A DNA stretch of 64,000 bases from Chrysomallon squamiferum (lineage: Eukaryota; Animalia; Mollusca). The stretch is from the NCBI GenBank assembly GCA_012295275.1, contig CM022666.1, positions 11,594,001 to 11,658,000 on the forward strand. Direction: 5' to 3'. The notes beneath the pieces were generated by a model. It worked only from the letters and a program-made list of their open reading frames with translations. It made no database searches and was not told the origin of the DNA. The stretch's first letter is position 1; each line of letters begins with the position of its first letter. This document shows, one piece after another, positions 36,187 to 50,418 of this stretch. The translations under genes and the position numbers were made by a program.

Positions 36187-39100
36187 GTAAGTAAGAAACT
36201 TTATCTAATTTAGTTTTTAGTTTTTTGTATAAAACAGAAGTTAGGAAAAATATATATATGTAAGTATGTGTGTATGTGTGTATTTGTGTCTGAAATCATT
36301 ATTTCTCTTTACTAAAGAAATATCGAAAGCATTATAATTTATTTTTTCATTTGTAGTTTTTAATGTTGAATGTTTTGCGGTATATATAAAGAGAAATACC
36401 ATGTCTGGGTGTGATTAACATAGCTATCCAAAACTTTAACCTAAAATCCTATAACGAAATTTCATTCTTACCAAAATGTTTCACAAACCTCTTTTCAGTT
36501 ATTTTCTTCTTTTCTTGTTAAAAGTTTGTGATTAGTTCAAAGTACATTTGAGTAACATCAAACCATTAGTCCTAAAATTTACTAGTATACGGTTTGTGAT
36601 ATCTAACATAATAGACATGTTCCTCGAGTCTATTTTTATTCATGGAATTCTTATACATATAATTACGTTTCCGATCTCACTGTGTAAGATTTCACTGTGG
36701 TGCAAACACAAATACAAATAATCAAACCCCGTATCAAGATAATCATAGTCTGAGTGATTCTTTTCTGTATTTGTTATTATCTTGTAGAAAATATCGACTG
36801 GGTTTAAGTAGTTGAGAAGATATAATGCATTCATTAAAAAATATTTCATATTAACTTGAAAATATATGAGCTGAAGAATGCTAATCTTCTGTTAGTTTCA
36901 CATAATATTTCATATACTATTTTACTGATACACTTGTAAAAATTACTCTTTGAGAAAAATGATTTTCTAAGTCTAATGTAGAAACTGTCCAATTCTTGCC
37001 ATTTCACTTTATTTATTACAACGAACTTGCGAAAGAAATGTGTGTTAGTTCAGTACAGATTAAAAAAATAACAAAAAAAACAACAAAAAAAAAACAACAA
37101 CTAAAAAACCCCTCAAACAAACAAAGCAATCAACCATGCATTCTGTTCAGTGAATCGGAAAGGGAAAAACCAGCACAACTTTATCTTCTGCTGCCTTTCT
37201 GCAGCCGATAACAATATCTGATATTCTGATACCATTGGGTCAAGTATTAAATGAAATTGCACTGACCAAATGACCATCGTTAACTATTTCTTTTCTTCAC
37301 ATTTTAAATTCATTTGTGTTACAAGACATAATTACGTCACTAAGTCACAATTATTATTTTTTTAATTTATTTATTTAAAACAATAAGAAGTCATTTGGAT
37401 TCAAAAGACGCTGCTATATTGTACGCACAAACTGAAATAGTTGTTTGTTATTTTGATAAACGTGTTTGATCTTCACCGTTATCTAATTTGTTTTCTTGTT
37501 AAAAGAAGCACACTGAACCTTTATTGTACAGATAACAGTCAGTGTTTTGAAGAATTTTCTGTTTGTTGGAACACTGGTTTAATAATGTCAAAATAATGAC
37601 GCTGTCAAGACGCGTGAATTGCCTTCTGGATCTGACGTTGGCGAATTATTAATTTTTAAATAGAAAAAGTAGAAAGAATCACTAATTTTCACAACTAATT
37701 TTACTTTGGGCCATTCATGAGGCGATCATTCTAAGTAAGTTATTTTTAAACATCAACGATAAAATGCCAATAATCTTTTGTGTGATGTTGCGGAAAACAA
37801 AACTGAAAACAACTTCGGTTTTAATCTCAACAAATGTCGTCCTTAGCTTTAGGCCAGTTTTGAAATAGACGCATTTCTTCGTTGAATGTAAGGTTTAATT
37901 TATTTGATATGAGATAGGGACTCTTTTGTTTTATTTTTTATTGTTTTCTCAGAGAGTAAATTGTTTTGATATTCATAGCGATAGGTACTTTTATTTTTCT
38001 TATTAAATTAATATTTTAAAGTAATTCGGACGTTTCTTTTTGTCGTAAAATAAAAGGTTTTATTAAAGCAATTGTTAAATACATATACATGTGTGTGTAG
38101 CTGGAAGTACACTCGTGTAAACACATGTTTAGTTAATAGTTCAGTGAGACATTCTGACGGTTCTTCTGATTTCCTACTAACCTAATTCGCATTTGACACG
38201 CGCAGTTATAATACTTCCGGTGTTAGAGGTTTTACGTTTGTGCTGATGTCGGAAATCTCGTTTGGCTCTCCGGCTATTCCAACTCGTGTTATTACTTAAC
38301 AGTCTGAAGAAGGTCAAGAAGCGACGTCAATTTGCATGAATTCGGTAGGAATTTTAAAGTACAGGTTTGAGTACTGACTTACCACTAGTACCTGATAGCT
38401 TCTGCTCAGGAACAATTTCAGTTAAAATTTTGCTGAAGACATCAATACACCGATAAATTTTCAATGAATTTTAAAGACTTTCTGAAGCATAATTTAGCTT
38501 TTTTCACGCATTTTTTCACGCAATACTTATAAGCATAGCATCTTGTATTTATTAAAACATCGTACATATGAAAACGTTTCGTGATTGTGACCATTACTTG
38601 GAATAATCTTCAGAACGAGGCTTCGTCTGAACAATTCTGCATGTTTGAGCGAAGTCGTAGGTGGACGTTAGTGTGAGTTAAGAAGTTCTGATATGAGTCT
38701 GGTTGAAATATGTTAATAATTAATTATTTTCCCTTTCATAATCCATTATTTGACATAGTGACCTTGTATGTCTTAATGTCCCAAAGAGGAACTTTGGCTT
38801 CCATTAGGGACATCGATGCTGGCAGAGCTTAGACAGATATGTACTAAGGGTGAGGTAACTCTAACAGAAACTCGAATGCTGAAGTCAGAAGTATTGGGTT
38901 GCACAGCGCATTACTATGCAGCAATAGCAACAAGCAAACGAAAAAATAAATAAATAAAATAAAAAATACCGCGGAAATACAGTTTGGTACATTATCTAGT
39001 AACAAATAATCCTTTATCTTATAGTCTGACAGGAATAGTGTTACAGACAAGTGTCTCATTTAAACATATGAAATTCTTTACAGAATGAATAATGTTCGTA

Positions 39101-39225
39101 TAAAATTTAAATCATATTGAATACGTCTAAAGTTAGTAATATTTTTAGTAACATGTCAGAACCAAAATCTACAATCATCGGCATTACAATAGGAAATAAA
39201 CGAAACATAAACAATGATTAATTGT

Positions 39226-41105
39226 AACAACAAACTAACTTATTAATTACTGCTACTTGTAAGAACAACAGTAAACTTACATCTGATTTACTGCGTACTG
39301 TTTCAGTTGTAAGAACAACAGTAAACTAACTAACTAATTTACTATTGCTAGTTGTAAAAACTATAGTAAACTAACTTACTAATTTACTACTGCTAGTTGT
39401 AAAAACAACAGTAAACTAACTTACTAATTTTGTGCGTACTGTGTCAGTCGTATGAACAACAGTAAACTGACTTACTAATTTTGTGCGTACTGTGTCAGTT
39501 GTATGAACAACAGTAAACTAACTGCTAATTTACTGCGTACAGTGTTAGTTGTATGAACAACAGTAAACTAACTTACTAATTTACTGCGTACTGTGTCAGT
39601 TGTATGAACAACAGTAAACTGACTTACTAATTTTGTGCGTACTGTGTCAGTTGTATGAACAACAGTAAACTGACTTACTAATTGACAGCTGCTAGTTGTA
39701 AAAACAACAGTAAACTGACTTACTAATTTACTAATTTACTGCGTACTGTGTCAGTTGTATGAACAACAGTAAACTAACTACTAATTTACTGCGTACTGTG
39801 TCAGTTGTATGAACAACAGTAAACTTACTAATTTTGTGCGTACTGTGTCAGTTGTATGAACAACAGTAAACTGACTTACTAATGTTGTGCGTACTGTGTC
39901 AGTTGTATGAACAACAGTAAACTGACTTACTAATTTATTACTGCTAGTTGTAAAAACAACAGTAAACTGACTTACTAATTTTGTGCATACTGTGTCAGTT
40001 GTATGAACAAAAGTAAACTGACTTACTAATTTACTGCGTACTGTGTCAGTTGTATGAACAACAGTAAACTAACTGCTAATTTACTGCGTACTGTGTCAGT
40101 TGTATGAACAACAGTAAACTGACTTACTAATTTATTACTGCTAGTTGTAAAAACAACAGTAAACTGACTTACTAATTTAGTACTGCTAGTTGTAAAAACA
40201 ACAGTAAACTGACTTACTAATTTAGTACTGCTAGTTGTAAAAACAACAGTAAACTGACTTACTAATTTTGTGCATACTGTGTCAGTTGTATGAACAAAAG
40301 TAAACTGACTTACTAATTTACTGCGTACTGTGTCAGTTGTATGAACAACAGTAAACTAACTGCTAATTTACTGCGTACTGTGTCAGTTGTATGAACAACA
40401 GTAAACTGACTTACTAATTTTGTGCGTACTGTGTCAGTTGTATGAACAACAGTAAACTGACTTACTAATTTACTAATTTACTGCGTACTGTGTCAGTTGT
40501 ATGAACAACAGTAAACTAACTTACTAATTTTGTGCGTACTGTGTCAGTTGTATGAACAACAGTAAACTGACTTACTAATTTACTGCGTACTGTGTCAGTT
40601 GTATGAACAACAGTGAACTAACTGCTAATTTACTGCGTACTGTGTCAGTTGTATGAACAACAGTAAACTAACTACTAATTTACTGCGTACAGTGTTAGTT
40701 GTATGAACAACAGTAAACTAACTTACTAATTTACTTTACTTGTAAAAACAAGTAAACTAACTACTAATTTACTGCGTATTGTGTCAGTTGTATGAACAAC
40801 AATAAACTAACTTACTAATTTACTACTGCTAATTATAAAAACAACAGTAAACTGGCTTACTAATTTACTACTGCTAGTTATAAAAACAACAGTAAACTCT
40901 TACTAATTTACTACTGCTAGTTATAAAAACAACAGTAAACTCTTACTAATTTACTACTGCTAGTTATAAAAACAACAGTAAACTAACTTACTAACTTACT
41001 GTGTACTGTAAAAATAATAGTAAACTAACTTACTATGTACTGTAAGAATAATAGTAAACTAACTTACTAACTTACTGTGTACTGTAAGAATAACAGTAAA
41101 CTTAC
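39226..41105. repeat. Composite minisatellite of ~51-bp and ~46-bp units inside the neuropeptide intron
   Basis: Unit A TACTGTGTCAGTTGTATGAACAACAGTAAACTGACTTACTAATTTTGTGCG (51 bp) is interleaved with unit B TACTGCTAGTTGTAAAAACAACAGTAAACT(G/A)ACTTACTAATTTA(C/G/T). Both ends are degenerate. Confidence 0.96.
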
Positions 41106-41463
41106 ATCTAATCTGTGTAGCGTTACTTTCAAGAAATCTAGTGAACTTAAATTGTAAGAACAGTAGTCTAATTTATTAATTGTAATATGATATAAATTTC
41201 CTTTGAGAAAACCGATGAATGAAGGAAGGTTCGAAAAAAATATATATATATACAGTTTGAATTACAACTGTGATGTGACTGAGACAAGTAACACACTGCA
41301 GAACATCATTTAAATAAAACATTCGTTCCTGGAAGAGAACAAAAAAATCTGCATAAAGAGGAGGGAAGGGGAATTAGGGCGAGGGATGTACATGAAATAA
41401 TAATAGCCACGTCTATGAAATTTTTCTTTCTTTTACTCACCATTTTAGTATATTTAACTTTGC

Positions 41464-41532
41464 TTGACACTCAATAGCCGATACGGTTTTTGTGCAGGGG
41501 TGTCGTTAAACATTCATTCTTTCGTTCTTTCA
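41464..41532 (+). mobile_element. SINE-like 3' tail fragment
   Basis: TTGACAC.CAATAGCCGAT...GGGGTGTCGTTAAACATTCATTC(TTTC) resembles a gastropod SINE 3' end with a CATT microsatellite tail; recognised from memory only. Confidence 0.45.
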
Positions 41533-42250
41533 CTCAGTTAAGTAGTTAAGATTACTGGGGGATTAGCACGCAGTTCAGAGGATTCACAAACCGTTCAGAT
41601 AGTAGGAGTAGACAGACAGTTCAAACTAAAGGGCTCACTCAAACAGGGTACGATTATTAACTTTATAATTAAACAGTTTAAAGTGTACGCTGTAATGAAC
41701 GCTGAAGAGAAAACAGCTATGAAGTCAAATGTTCTGTGAGTCGGTACAGTAACAACTGTTTAACACTGCGTGTCTGACTGTGTTAGATAAGTTCTCTGAG
41801 CAGCAGCTTATTTCAATACAACAGCAACAGCAGCAATAATAATAAAAGTGGTTGGCTACTGATAGTAAAAAAGAGTTAAAAATACATATTTTTTCTAAAT
41901 AAATATTACAAGTGCATATTAAAAATAATAATAATAATAATAATAAATAAAAAAATTAATAAATAATAAAATAAAAAATAAATAAATATAAAATTAAATT
42001 AAAATAAAAAAAATAAAATAAAAATAATATTAAAAAAAAAAAAAAAAAATAAAATAAAATAAAATAAAATAAAATAAAATAAAATAAAGTAATTAAATTT
42101 ATAAAATAACACGAAAGCGAAGTTTTTCTAATTACTGACATGTGCTGTTAGTCCCAGGAGACGAGTGGAGATAAGTGAACTGCAAACACAAGTCAACCAG
42201 CCTCTGAAATCATTATCTGCAGAGAAAGTCATCACAGTAAATATTCGTAT

Positions 42251-42308
<58 letters not shown>

Positions 42309-44630
42309 CATCTTTCTAATTCCTTGTATTTTACACCTTTGCCCCCGAATTATATTACAAAATAATAACGGAAAAATGTTAAAATTAAAAACAAAAGTTA
42401 TATTACACTGAATGGAATAAAATATTCGAGAATCTAATTGTTATTATTATTTTTTTCGGTGACCAGTGTTGGAAAATCAATTAACAAAGGTCACTTCTGC
42501 GTCACCCAGCAGGGACAGTAAGCGCCGACTGCTGAATGGGTTAGCCTAGAAAATACATTAACTCTTCCCACTTAAGTTTCCCACTCCACGTGAGAAATAA
42601 GGTAGTTTTTCCTTAACAATGATAGGTGGTTCTGATACTGCTGAATATTTATTACAAGAGAGTTTCCTGTGTCTGTTCTGTGGTGAGGGTAGGTGTCTGG
42701 TGAGTCTGTCTGGCACGTGCCTCTGAGTCCGCGAGCGGCATTTCACGGTCGCCGAGTTGTACTGAGTCCGGAAATTGAAAAGCACCATCACTGAAAGCAT
42801 CTGTAAGAGTCGCTTCACTAATTTACCTTATCAACAGACTTCTCTTTCAGTTCCCATCACTTTGTGACCGGCAAACACTGCTGATAAAACAACCAGCTCT
42901 TTTCAGATAGAAAAATAACATACGTTTGTTTTAAGCCTTTTTAATACGTTCACTGATAACGACAAAATAATGGAGTCACAATGACATTTTACTGTTTTTT
43001 ATTTATTTAGGCTGATATGTTGTTGATATGGTAATATCTCCTAGATATCTCCTAGATATATAATAATGATGGTGATTATAGTGAGAAGACTAAATGACAT
43101 TAGTTTTCTTTCTTCAAGTAAATCTTTAGACGTCAGGTAGGGTTGATCTGGTTTGGAGATTTTTGTTGTTGTTATTTTGGTAATTTTTTAATAAAAATAA
43201 AAAATAAAAAAAAATTCCGAAAATAGAGACTGATTTAGCTTTTAACAGTTTGCATTTAAAACAGAAAAAGAAAAAAAATATATATCATAAACATCAGTAT
43301 TTCGTTTCTTAATTTCAAATTTTATATTCACCCATTATGAAATGTAGTAGTGCCGAGGAATCTGAAATAACGTAATTGTAGTCAGATTATATTCCAATCA
43401 TTTTTACATATAAATATATTATTACATAAAAATATTTTTTCAAAGAATGTTAAACTCTTGTGCAATAAACAAATTCTTCTGTCGCCTTTTTAAATGTGTG
43501 AAAAAAAATGTTCAAATATTAACACTACATCTGAGCAAGAATAACTTTTCTTCTAGCAGCTGATGGTAGACTTGAAAAAACTAGAGTAAACATCATTTTT
43601 TACAAACCTTTTGTATTTTTAAACAATAGCTTTAATCAAGTAGTAAGTATTTGATGGTTTTTGATATGTTTGATATATTTTGATGTGATTCAGAACTACT
43701 AGTAGATTTTTCACCGTTGAATAATCTTTTTCTTTACTTTCTTTTCTCATTTACTGCAATTCATTCATTCCTTATTCGATATTTTCATTTTCTTCTCACC
43801 ATATTTCATTTTTATCTCTAACATGTTTTAGGTTTGTTTTGTTGATATTTAGGAAGGATTTTTTCCTCATATTTCTTGTAAAAAAACAACCCAAAAAACA
43901 ACAAAAAAACGGATGGTTTGTGGTCATAGAATGTAAAATTAAGTGATTTGGAATTCCTCCAGGTATTAATATAATAAATGTGTCAATAAATTTCACATTA
44001 AACAGATCTCATTAATATTATTCTTTATGAAAGCATCCCGCAGGTTTTCTATTTCCATGAGTTTTTCACCCGCTTAATGGGGCAAAGTCGGATGCAAAAA
44101 ATACAGAATGAAAAGCTATGTGAAACAATCAGATACTGTCAGGGCTTGACGAGTATGACATATGCAGGTCTATCAGTCGCTGTTTAATACAATGCTATTG
44201 AACAGATAAACACATATATATCTTTCCTTTCAGTGCGGTAAAGAGACAGTTATTTCCTATTTAAACAACTATCCAGCTGCTTTGCAGATTGGTTTCACTC
44301 TAGGGACAGAAAGAGAATTAAAACACAGTTCATATTTTTACACATTCAGTGTTCTATTGTCCGGCTTGCCTGCTTTGATTTGGCATCAGGTGTCGCGGAC
44401 AGCTACTAATTAATCCTATCACACCGGCTCTGTTAATCAACTCGCATTTAATTATCTCACATTTTAAAATACGCGATATACGGATTAGCTTAGCATAATA
44501 AGATTTTTTTTTTTTTAAAAAAAAAAGGAAAAAAAAAAAAAAACGAAAATTAATGTAAAAACTTTCAAATTCAGCATTATGTTTTTCGTTAATCAAACTT
44601 TTAATAAAAATGTACTACTACACTACTACT

Positions 44631-44663
<33 letters not shown>

Positions 44664-46066
44664 CTACTACTACTACTACTATTATAATACTACTATAATA
44701 ATAATACAAAATTTCAAGATATCGAATGCTACTTTATATTTTATTATTGAATTATTATCATGACTGTAAACATTTCGTGAAAATAACTACATTTGAAGAA
44801 AAAAAAAAAGAAAAACAGTGTAATTTCATCTGCGACCCACGTGAAGAAAAAAAAGAAGAAAACCAGTAATTTCAGTTTGGCAACAGAGAAGAAATGTGTG
44901 AGATTTGAAAACGTTCTGGTATTTCATTCATTTTGACGTCTGTGTCTACCAATTACCTTCAGTGTCATCAGACACGTCAGAAATGAACGTGGCGTAAAGA
45001 ATCAACAGCTACTCAACACCACGCAGAAGACGCTACCACGAGATGACGATGTCGTTGACGTCGTTTCATGCTTGTCTAACGACGAGAATAACTGTTTTAT
45101 CAAATAAATGAATCTGTCAAGTATATAGATAGCTATATGAATACATACATGCATACATACAGACAGACAGACAGACAGACAGACAGAAAAACAATGAGTT
45201 GGAGACAGAGAATTTTGTTTCCATTGTACATATTCAGACGAAAACTGTTAAATATCATTTTAAAACTTGGATGTGGTAAAGTTTGAACGTACTAGTTTGA
45301 TTCGAGTTTTACTTTTTGTGTGTGTTTCACGTATTTCAAAAAATATCAGTAATATTTGGCGAGTTTTTATCAGTTTCGCATTAGAAACAAGTTGAGTTAA
45401 ATAGGAATCCGGTTGAATAACGTCTCTGCTGTACATTTTTTTAAAGCTGCTTTCGAAGTTGTCATACTGAAGGAAAATGTTATGTAAAAAAAAAAAAAAA
45501 AAGTCATTTTCTACGTCTGCTTAATTTTAGACCTCGATTCAAAGCACAACCAGATCTTTAATTTAGATAGGACAAAATCACCTGTAATTTCACTTCATTA
45601 AAAGGCATCTACAGTGAATGAATATTGCTCGAAGCTAGAGTGAGGATATCTAGTTCTCAGCGACAGTGTTTTTAGAATGTCCAAGCCGCAGTTGCCTCAG
45701 TTCACAGATAGTCTGATACTTGTAGCGTTTCTTATGTAACCTAAATTCACACGTAACTGATTAATCTGTCGCATTAAACAAAATTAAGATTTTCACTACA
45801 TAAAATTAATGGGTTTCGTCTAGTTTAGTCTAATCCAACAAAAAACAAAACAAAAATAATAATAATAATAATAATGAATGAATGAACGAATAAAAAAAAA
45901 AAAAAAAAAATAAAATAAAATAAATTAATTAATTAGTAATAATAAATTACAAAATCAATCAGTCATTTAGTCAATAATTTAATAATTAATTAGCTGATTA
46001 GCTAATCATGAAAAGATGGAAAACTGGAATTTCTTAAAAGCTTAATTAATTCAAGTCGTGAAATTC

Positions 46067-46202
<136 letters not shown>

Positions 46203-47953
46203 AATGGAGGATTTACTCACTGTGTATTGAAAAACAAAGGGAATGAATCACGTGAAAACAAGCATTCTCCGAAATGGCACTCGTTTTGTTTGATGGCATC
46301 TTTAATTTTTCTTTTTTTTCTTTTTTTTTTCAAGATTCAAGAGATGTTTAAAAAAAAAAAAAAATTAATTAATACTGAAAGACAGATTCCAGTTTCAAAC
46401 ATTCAGTTATCATAAATGTACAAGTAAAATAATTTTTTTAAATTTCCTAAATGTACCAAACAAGAGTTTTGTTTCATTCACTCTCAGAAAGCTCATGACA
46501 TAAGCAAATATTTAAGAAATATTGCTTAAGTTTAATAACGAATAAAAGTTTCTTCGCAGTTTCTGTTTGATATTTGAAAACAAAAAATAAATTTGTAATA
46601 ATTTGAATAAGGGTCGGCATCACGGAATGAAACATCAGTGGATACAATATTAAGTCATTCGAGTATTCAGTTTTTAAAAATCTCTTCTTAGTATTTTGAT
46701 AAACAATACGTAATCTCCGTCTCTTAAAAAGAAACAGAAACGATCCTATCAAAGTCTAACACACGTTGATTATGTAACACACTAAACACTCATCGAACTT
46801 TTAACTGACAGCGTGAAGTGACCGCGAATCACAAAACAATCATTTCTCCTCGTTGTTTATTCGTGTTTTCAAACAGTTTCACATATTTATAGTTATCCTC
46901 AAATCATTACATCAGCAGTAGCTGTGTTGTATAATTTCTACATACAAATAAGTTTTAGAACAGAGTTTATAATTTCTGTTTATTGTTCAGTGATATTAAG
47001 GTAATGTTGAAGATTAGATTATTTTTTAATTGTTTTCATCAGTCTAATTAGCTCTTGAAATTATCGAGGCACTTCATAAACTTGGTCAAGGATTAAGAAG
47101 AATGTTTTTTTGTTAACAAAACTCTTTTTTGTCCTGTTGTTTTCTTCTACGTACATTTTAATTCATTTTCTGCTCAATAAAAATAACGACTGGTTATAAT
47201 GTGTGTCTTGAATTACTGTAATGAGCATGGAGGCGAAATCTGCAAAATCTGCCTTCACGTGATATTTAGAATACGATTCACGCCAATTTAAACTTTCCAA
47301 CAGGATGGTGAAAAATGTTAATTATATGTCACAAGAGTGATTTGTAAACTAAAGTGAAAATGACCTGTCATCAACGACGTACTAATATTAATTTAATTAA
47401 AATAACGAATGAGATAAAATACTCGGCTGCCCTCTGAAGATCTAAAAGCCTGTTGATCATTTTCCCAGTTGGAAATCAATGTAAAGATGTAGCCGAACAA
47501 AATTAGAATAACTGATCGTGACTAGGACATCTTTAATTTTGTTTCACTAATTTCGACTGGGACTGGAGAGATCGCAGTAATTTGATATACTGGTGGGCAT
47601 CTAAGAAATGTGTATATTTGCAAGTCCTTAAAATCCACAGAGATAGATTTATTCTGTGCAGAAAGATGAAACACTTCACAGATTTTCTGAAGAATCACGT
47701 TAATCTTTTTTTATTTATTAGGAATTTATTTTATTACGCTGAATATATAAAACTTGTCGTTAACTGTAGACTTGACGTCATTACTGTTTCAAAAACTCTG
47801 CTTCAACAATTTTTTTTTTTTTTTTTTTTTTTTTTGTTCGTTCTTTTCATGTCAGATATCAACTAAATATGTATTTGTATATACTTCCATGTAAATGTTT
47901 CACGGATTCTAGGCTAATTATATAAGCAATACAATTTTTATAACTATTAATGA

Positions 47954-47996
<43 letters not shown>

Positions 47997-49379
47997 TGCA
48001 TAACATTCTTTTTTTTGGTTTTTCTATTGAGAAGGCATGTTTCGAAATTGTCCACGTGAAAGATTACGTTAAAAAAGTGTCTCGAGCAAAGAGACCGCCG
48101 AGCTTTCATTTTTACAGGAACACGACACACTTTGTGTTATTGTTCATTATATTTCATTCATTGATACAGAGGTAACAACACAGGACTTTGTTCAACATGA
48201 CTGGTATAAAGGAAAATTGAGATTCAGTTAGTCTGTATTCTCAGTCAGATTCTAATCTAATTTTGGTTACAAGTTGCTTGCAACAACAATGCACGTGTAT
48301 TCCCCCCCCCCGCGGGCAGGGGTACAAAAGATGTTAGCAAACATTAAAGTGTAAAGCTAAATGATACGTTCACTGAAGAATTCACGTCTAGGGGGACTCT
48401 GCCCCAATTTTGCGTATTCCGAATGTGGATTTGGAGGAGGTGTAGAATTTCATTGCACCAACTGTGTCGCAACAAAACATTTTATTGTAAACATTAACTT
48501 GAAATTATTTCGATACCGGTTTATGCAGAGAATCATTTCATCCTGTCTAATCACTAGAAGCACTAGAAACATCGCTTTAAAACATGCGAAACTTGCATCT
48601 AGTGCCATGTCAATAATGAAGAGGTTCGAGTATCTGCCTCGTAAAACCAAGTTTTCATCAGAATTTCAGCCATTACCTTGGTTTAATTAACCGCAAAGTG
48701 GGCCGTATCTATGATGGAGAATATTTTGAAGACGTCAGTAAACAATGGTCAAGCCATCGAGTTGTCACGGAGCAATTTACCTCGCTCCATCTTGTTAAAA
48801 AGCCCGTGTAATCAACGACTTGCGACAAAATTTGATTGAACCGTGCTTACAAACCGGACGTGATACAAATAAGGATGAGGACTAGGCCATTTTTTCATGA
48901 CAAATTAACCTAAAGAATTGGAAGGGCAATTTTTTTTTTTTTTTTTTAAACCTTCATTTACATTCGAATGGTATTTCTATTCAACAATTGATATTATGTC
49001 CTTTTTCTATCTCTCTCTCCATCTCGATTTACAAAACTTATAAAAAGGCGAGATGGCATGATTTATTTAGTTTTTTCCCACTTAAACTGATTTATCTGAT
49101 ACAGTCAAATAAAACAGAATTTCTTCACGAATTAAATATAGGGAAAACTGTATCCACGACGGCAGAATAATTTCTATCACACTATTTCCACGATATTCAA
49201 ATTAGATTTTTCTTTCTTAAATACCGACGTAACTTTAAAAAACCTGTACTTTAAAAGTAACCTTTCAGAACACATTTATCAAACAAAGTAATAACTGAAT
49301 TGTTTATAACATATTTTTATTTTATTTTATTTGGAAGGTAAAAGCATATTATTATTATTGTGTGGTTATATAAATCATG

Positions 49380-49433
<54 letters not shown>

Positions 49434-49440
49434 CTGTACA

Positions 49441-49811
49441 TAGAGCCGGATTAAGACATTTAGAGGCCCTAAACACTAAAATTATTTTGGTACTTCATTT
49501 GTATCTAACTCATGTTATAAGCAATAATAAATAATAAAATAAAATTTATTTTTCCCAAAAGAAACAAAACTCATAGTAAGCTGGAAAATAATGTTTACTT
49601 TTATGTACTCCACTATTTTTATATTTGAAAAGTTTGTTCTTGTTTTTTTTTTAAATTGCAAAGTATTTAGTTATTTTAATATATAATTAACTTCTATTAT
49701 AATAATAATTATTATTCTTGTTCAAAACTGCTACTATAAATATCTGTGGTGCCCTTTTCCCTTGATGGCCCAAGCACGTATTTACTTTGCTTACTGGTTA
49801 ATCCAGCCCTG
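49441..49811. mobile_element. hAT-type MITE with 8-bp target-site duplication
   Basis: Ends TAGAGCCGGATTAA and TTAATCCAGCCCTG (reverse complement CAGGGCTGGATTAA). Flanks ACTGTACA and ACTGTATA match at 7 of 8. Subterminal GGCCC motifs. Confidence 0.8.
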
Positions 49812-49943
49812 ACTGTATATTCTAAGCAAATAGAAATAAATATCTCTTAAACTTCACTAAGCATGAACTTGTATTTTGTTATGTGTTAGCTTGCATAGGA
49901 GTAAACCTAAGATTAATAACTGACTTGGTTTATGTATTTTCAG

Positions 49944-50418
49944 TAAATCTGTTGCCGCCAGTCAAAACAATGAGAACTTGAATCCCGAGAAGAAAGATCT
50001 GGACTACATTGGTTCTGGTTTTATCAAGCGATTTCACAATGGTCAGGGCCTCGGCAGAAACCGGCTCTTTGACCCAGCTGAATATGATCTGGTAAAAGAA
50101 CAAAAATCGAAAAAGGATTTGGACTATTTGGGCACAGGTTTTATCAAAAGAGACGATGATGCCTCTGAACAATCTGCCCAGAAAAGAGTTTTGGATCCAA
50201 TTGGCTCAGGCTTCATTAAAAAGCGGCTACTCGATCCAATCGGAAGTGGATTCATCAAAAGAGGCCACCTGGACCGCATTGGAAGTGGATTCATCAAAAG
50301 AGGACACCTGGACCGCATTGGAAGTGGATTCATCAAAAAGAGTCAACTGGATTATGCTGGGAAAGGATTTATCAAAAATAAGCGACCGTTTGACGCGATT
50401 GGTGCAGGCTTTATTTAA
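49944..50418 (+). CDS. Neuropeptide precursor, coding exon 2: eight dibasic-flanked (L/F)DxxGxGFI peptides (pedal peptide/orcokinin/LASGLV-like superfamily)
   Basis: Acceptor tatgtattttcag ends at 49943. Peptides between KK/KR/KKR sites: DLDYIGSGFI, DLDYLGTGFI, VLDPIGSGFI, LLDPIGSGFI, GHLDRIGSGFI twice, SQLDYAGKGFI (followed by KNKR) and PFDAIGAGFI-stop. Acidic spacer DDDASEQSAQ. None has a C-terminal Gly, so they are predicted to be non-amidated. AATAAA at 50452. Confidence 0.92.

Noticed and set aside
39226-41105. Second array as CRISPR or coding sequence
   Set aside because: No unique spacers, frequent stop codons and no ORF in the track; eukaryotic intronic context.
49978-49980. ORF-track start of the neuropeptide ORF
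   Set aside because: The codon is TTG and gives no signal peptide; the frame is open back to the splice acceptor at 49943.
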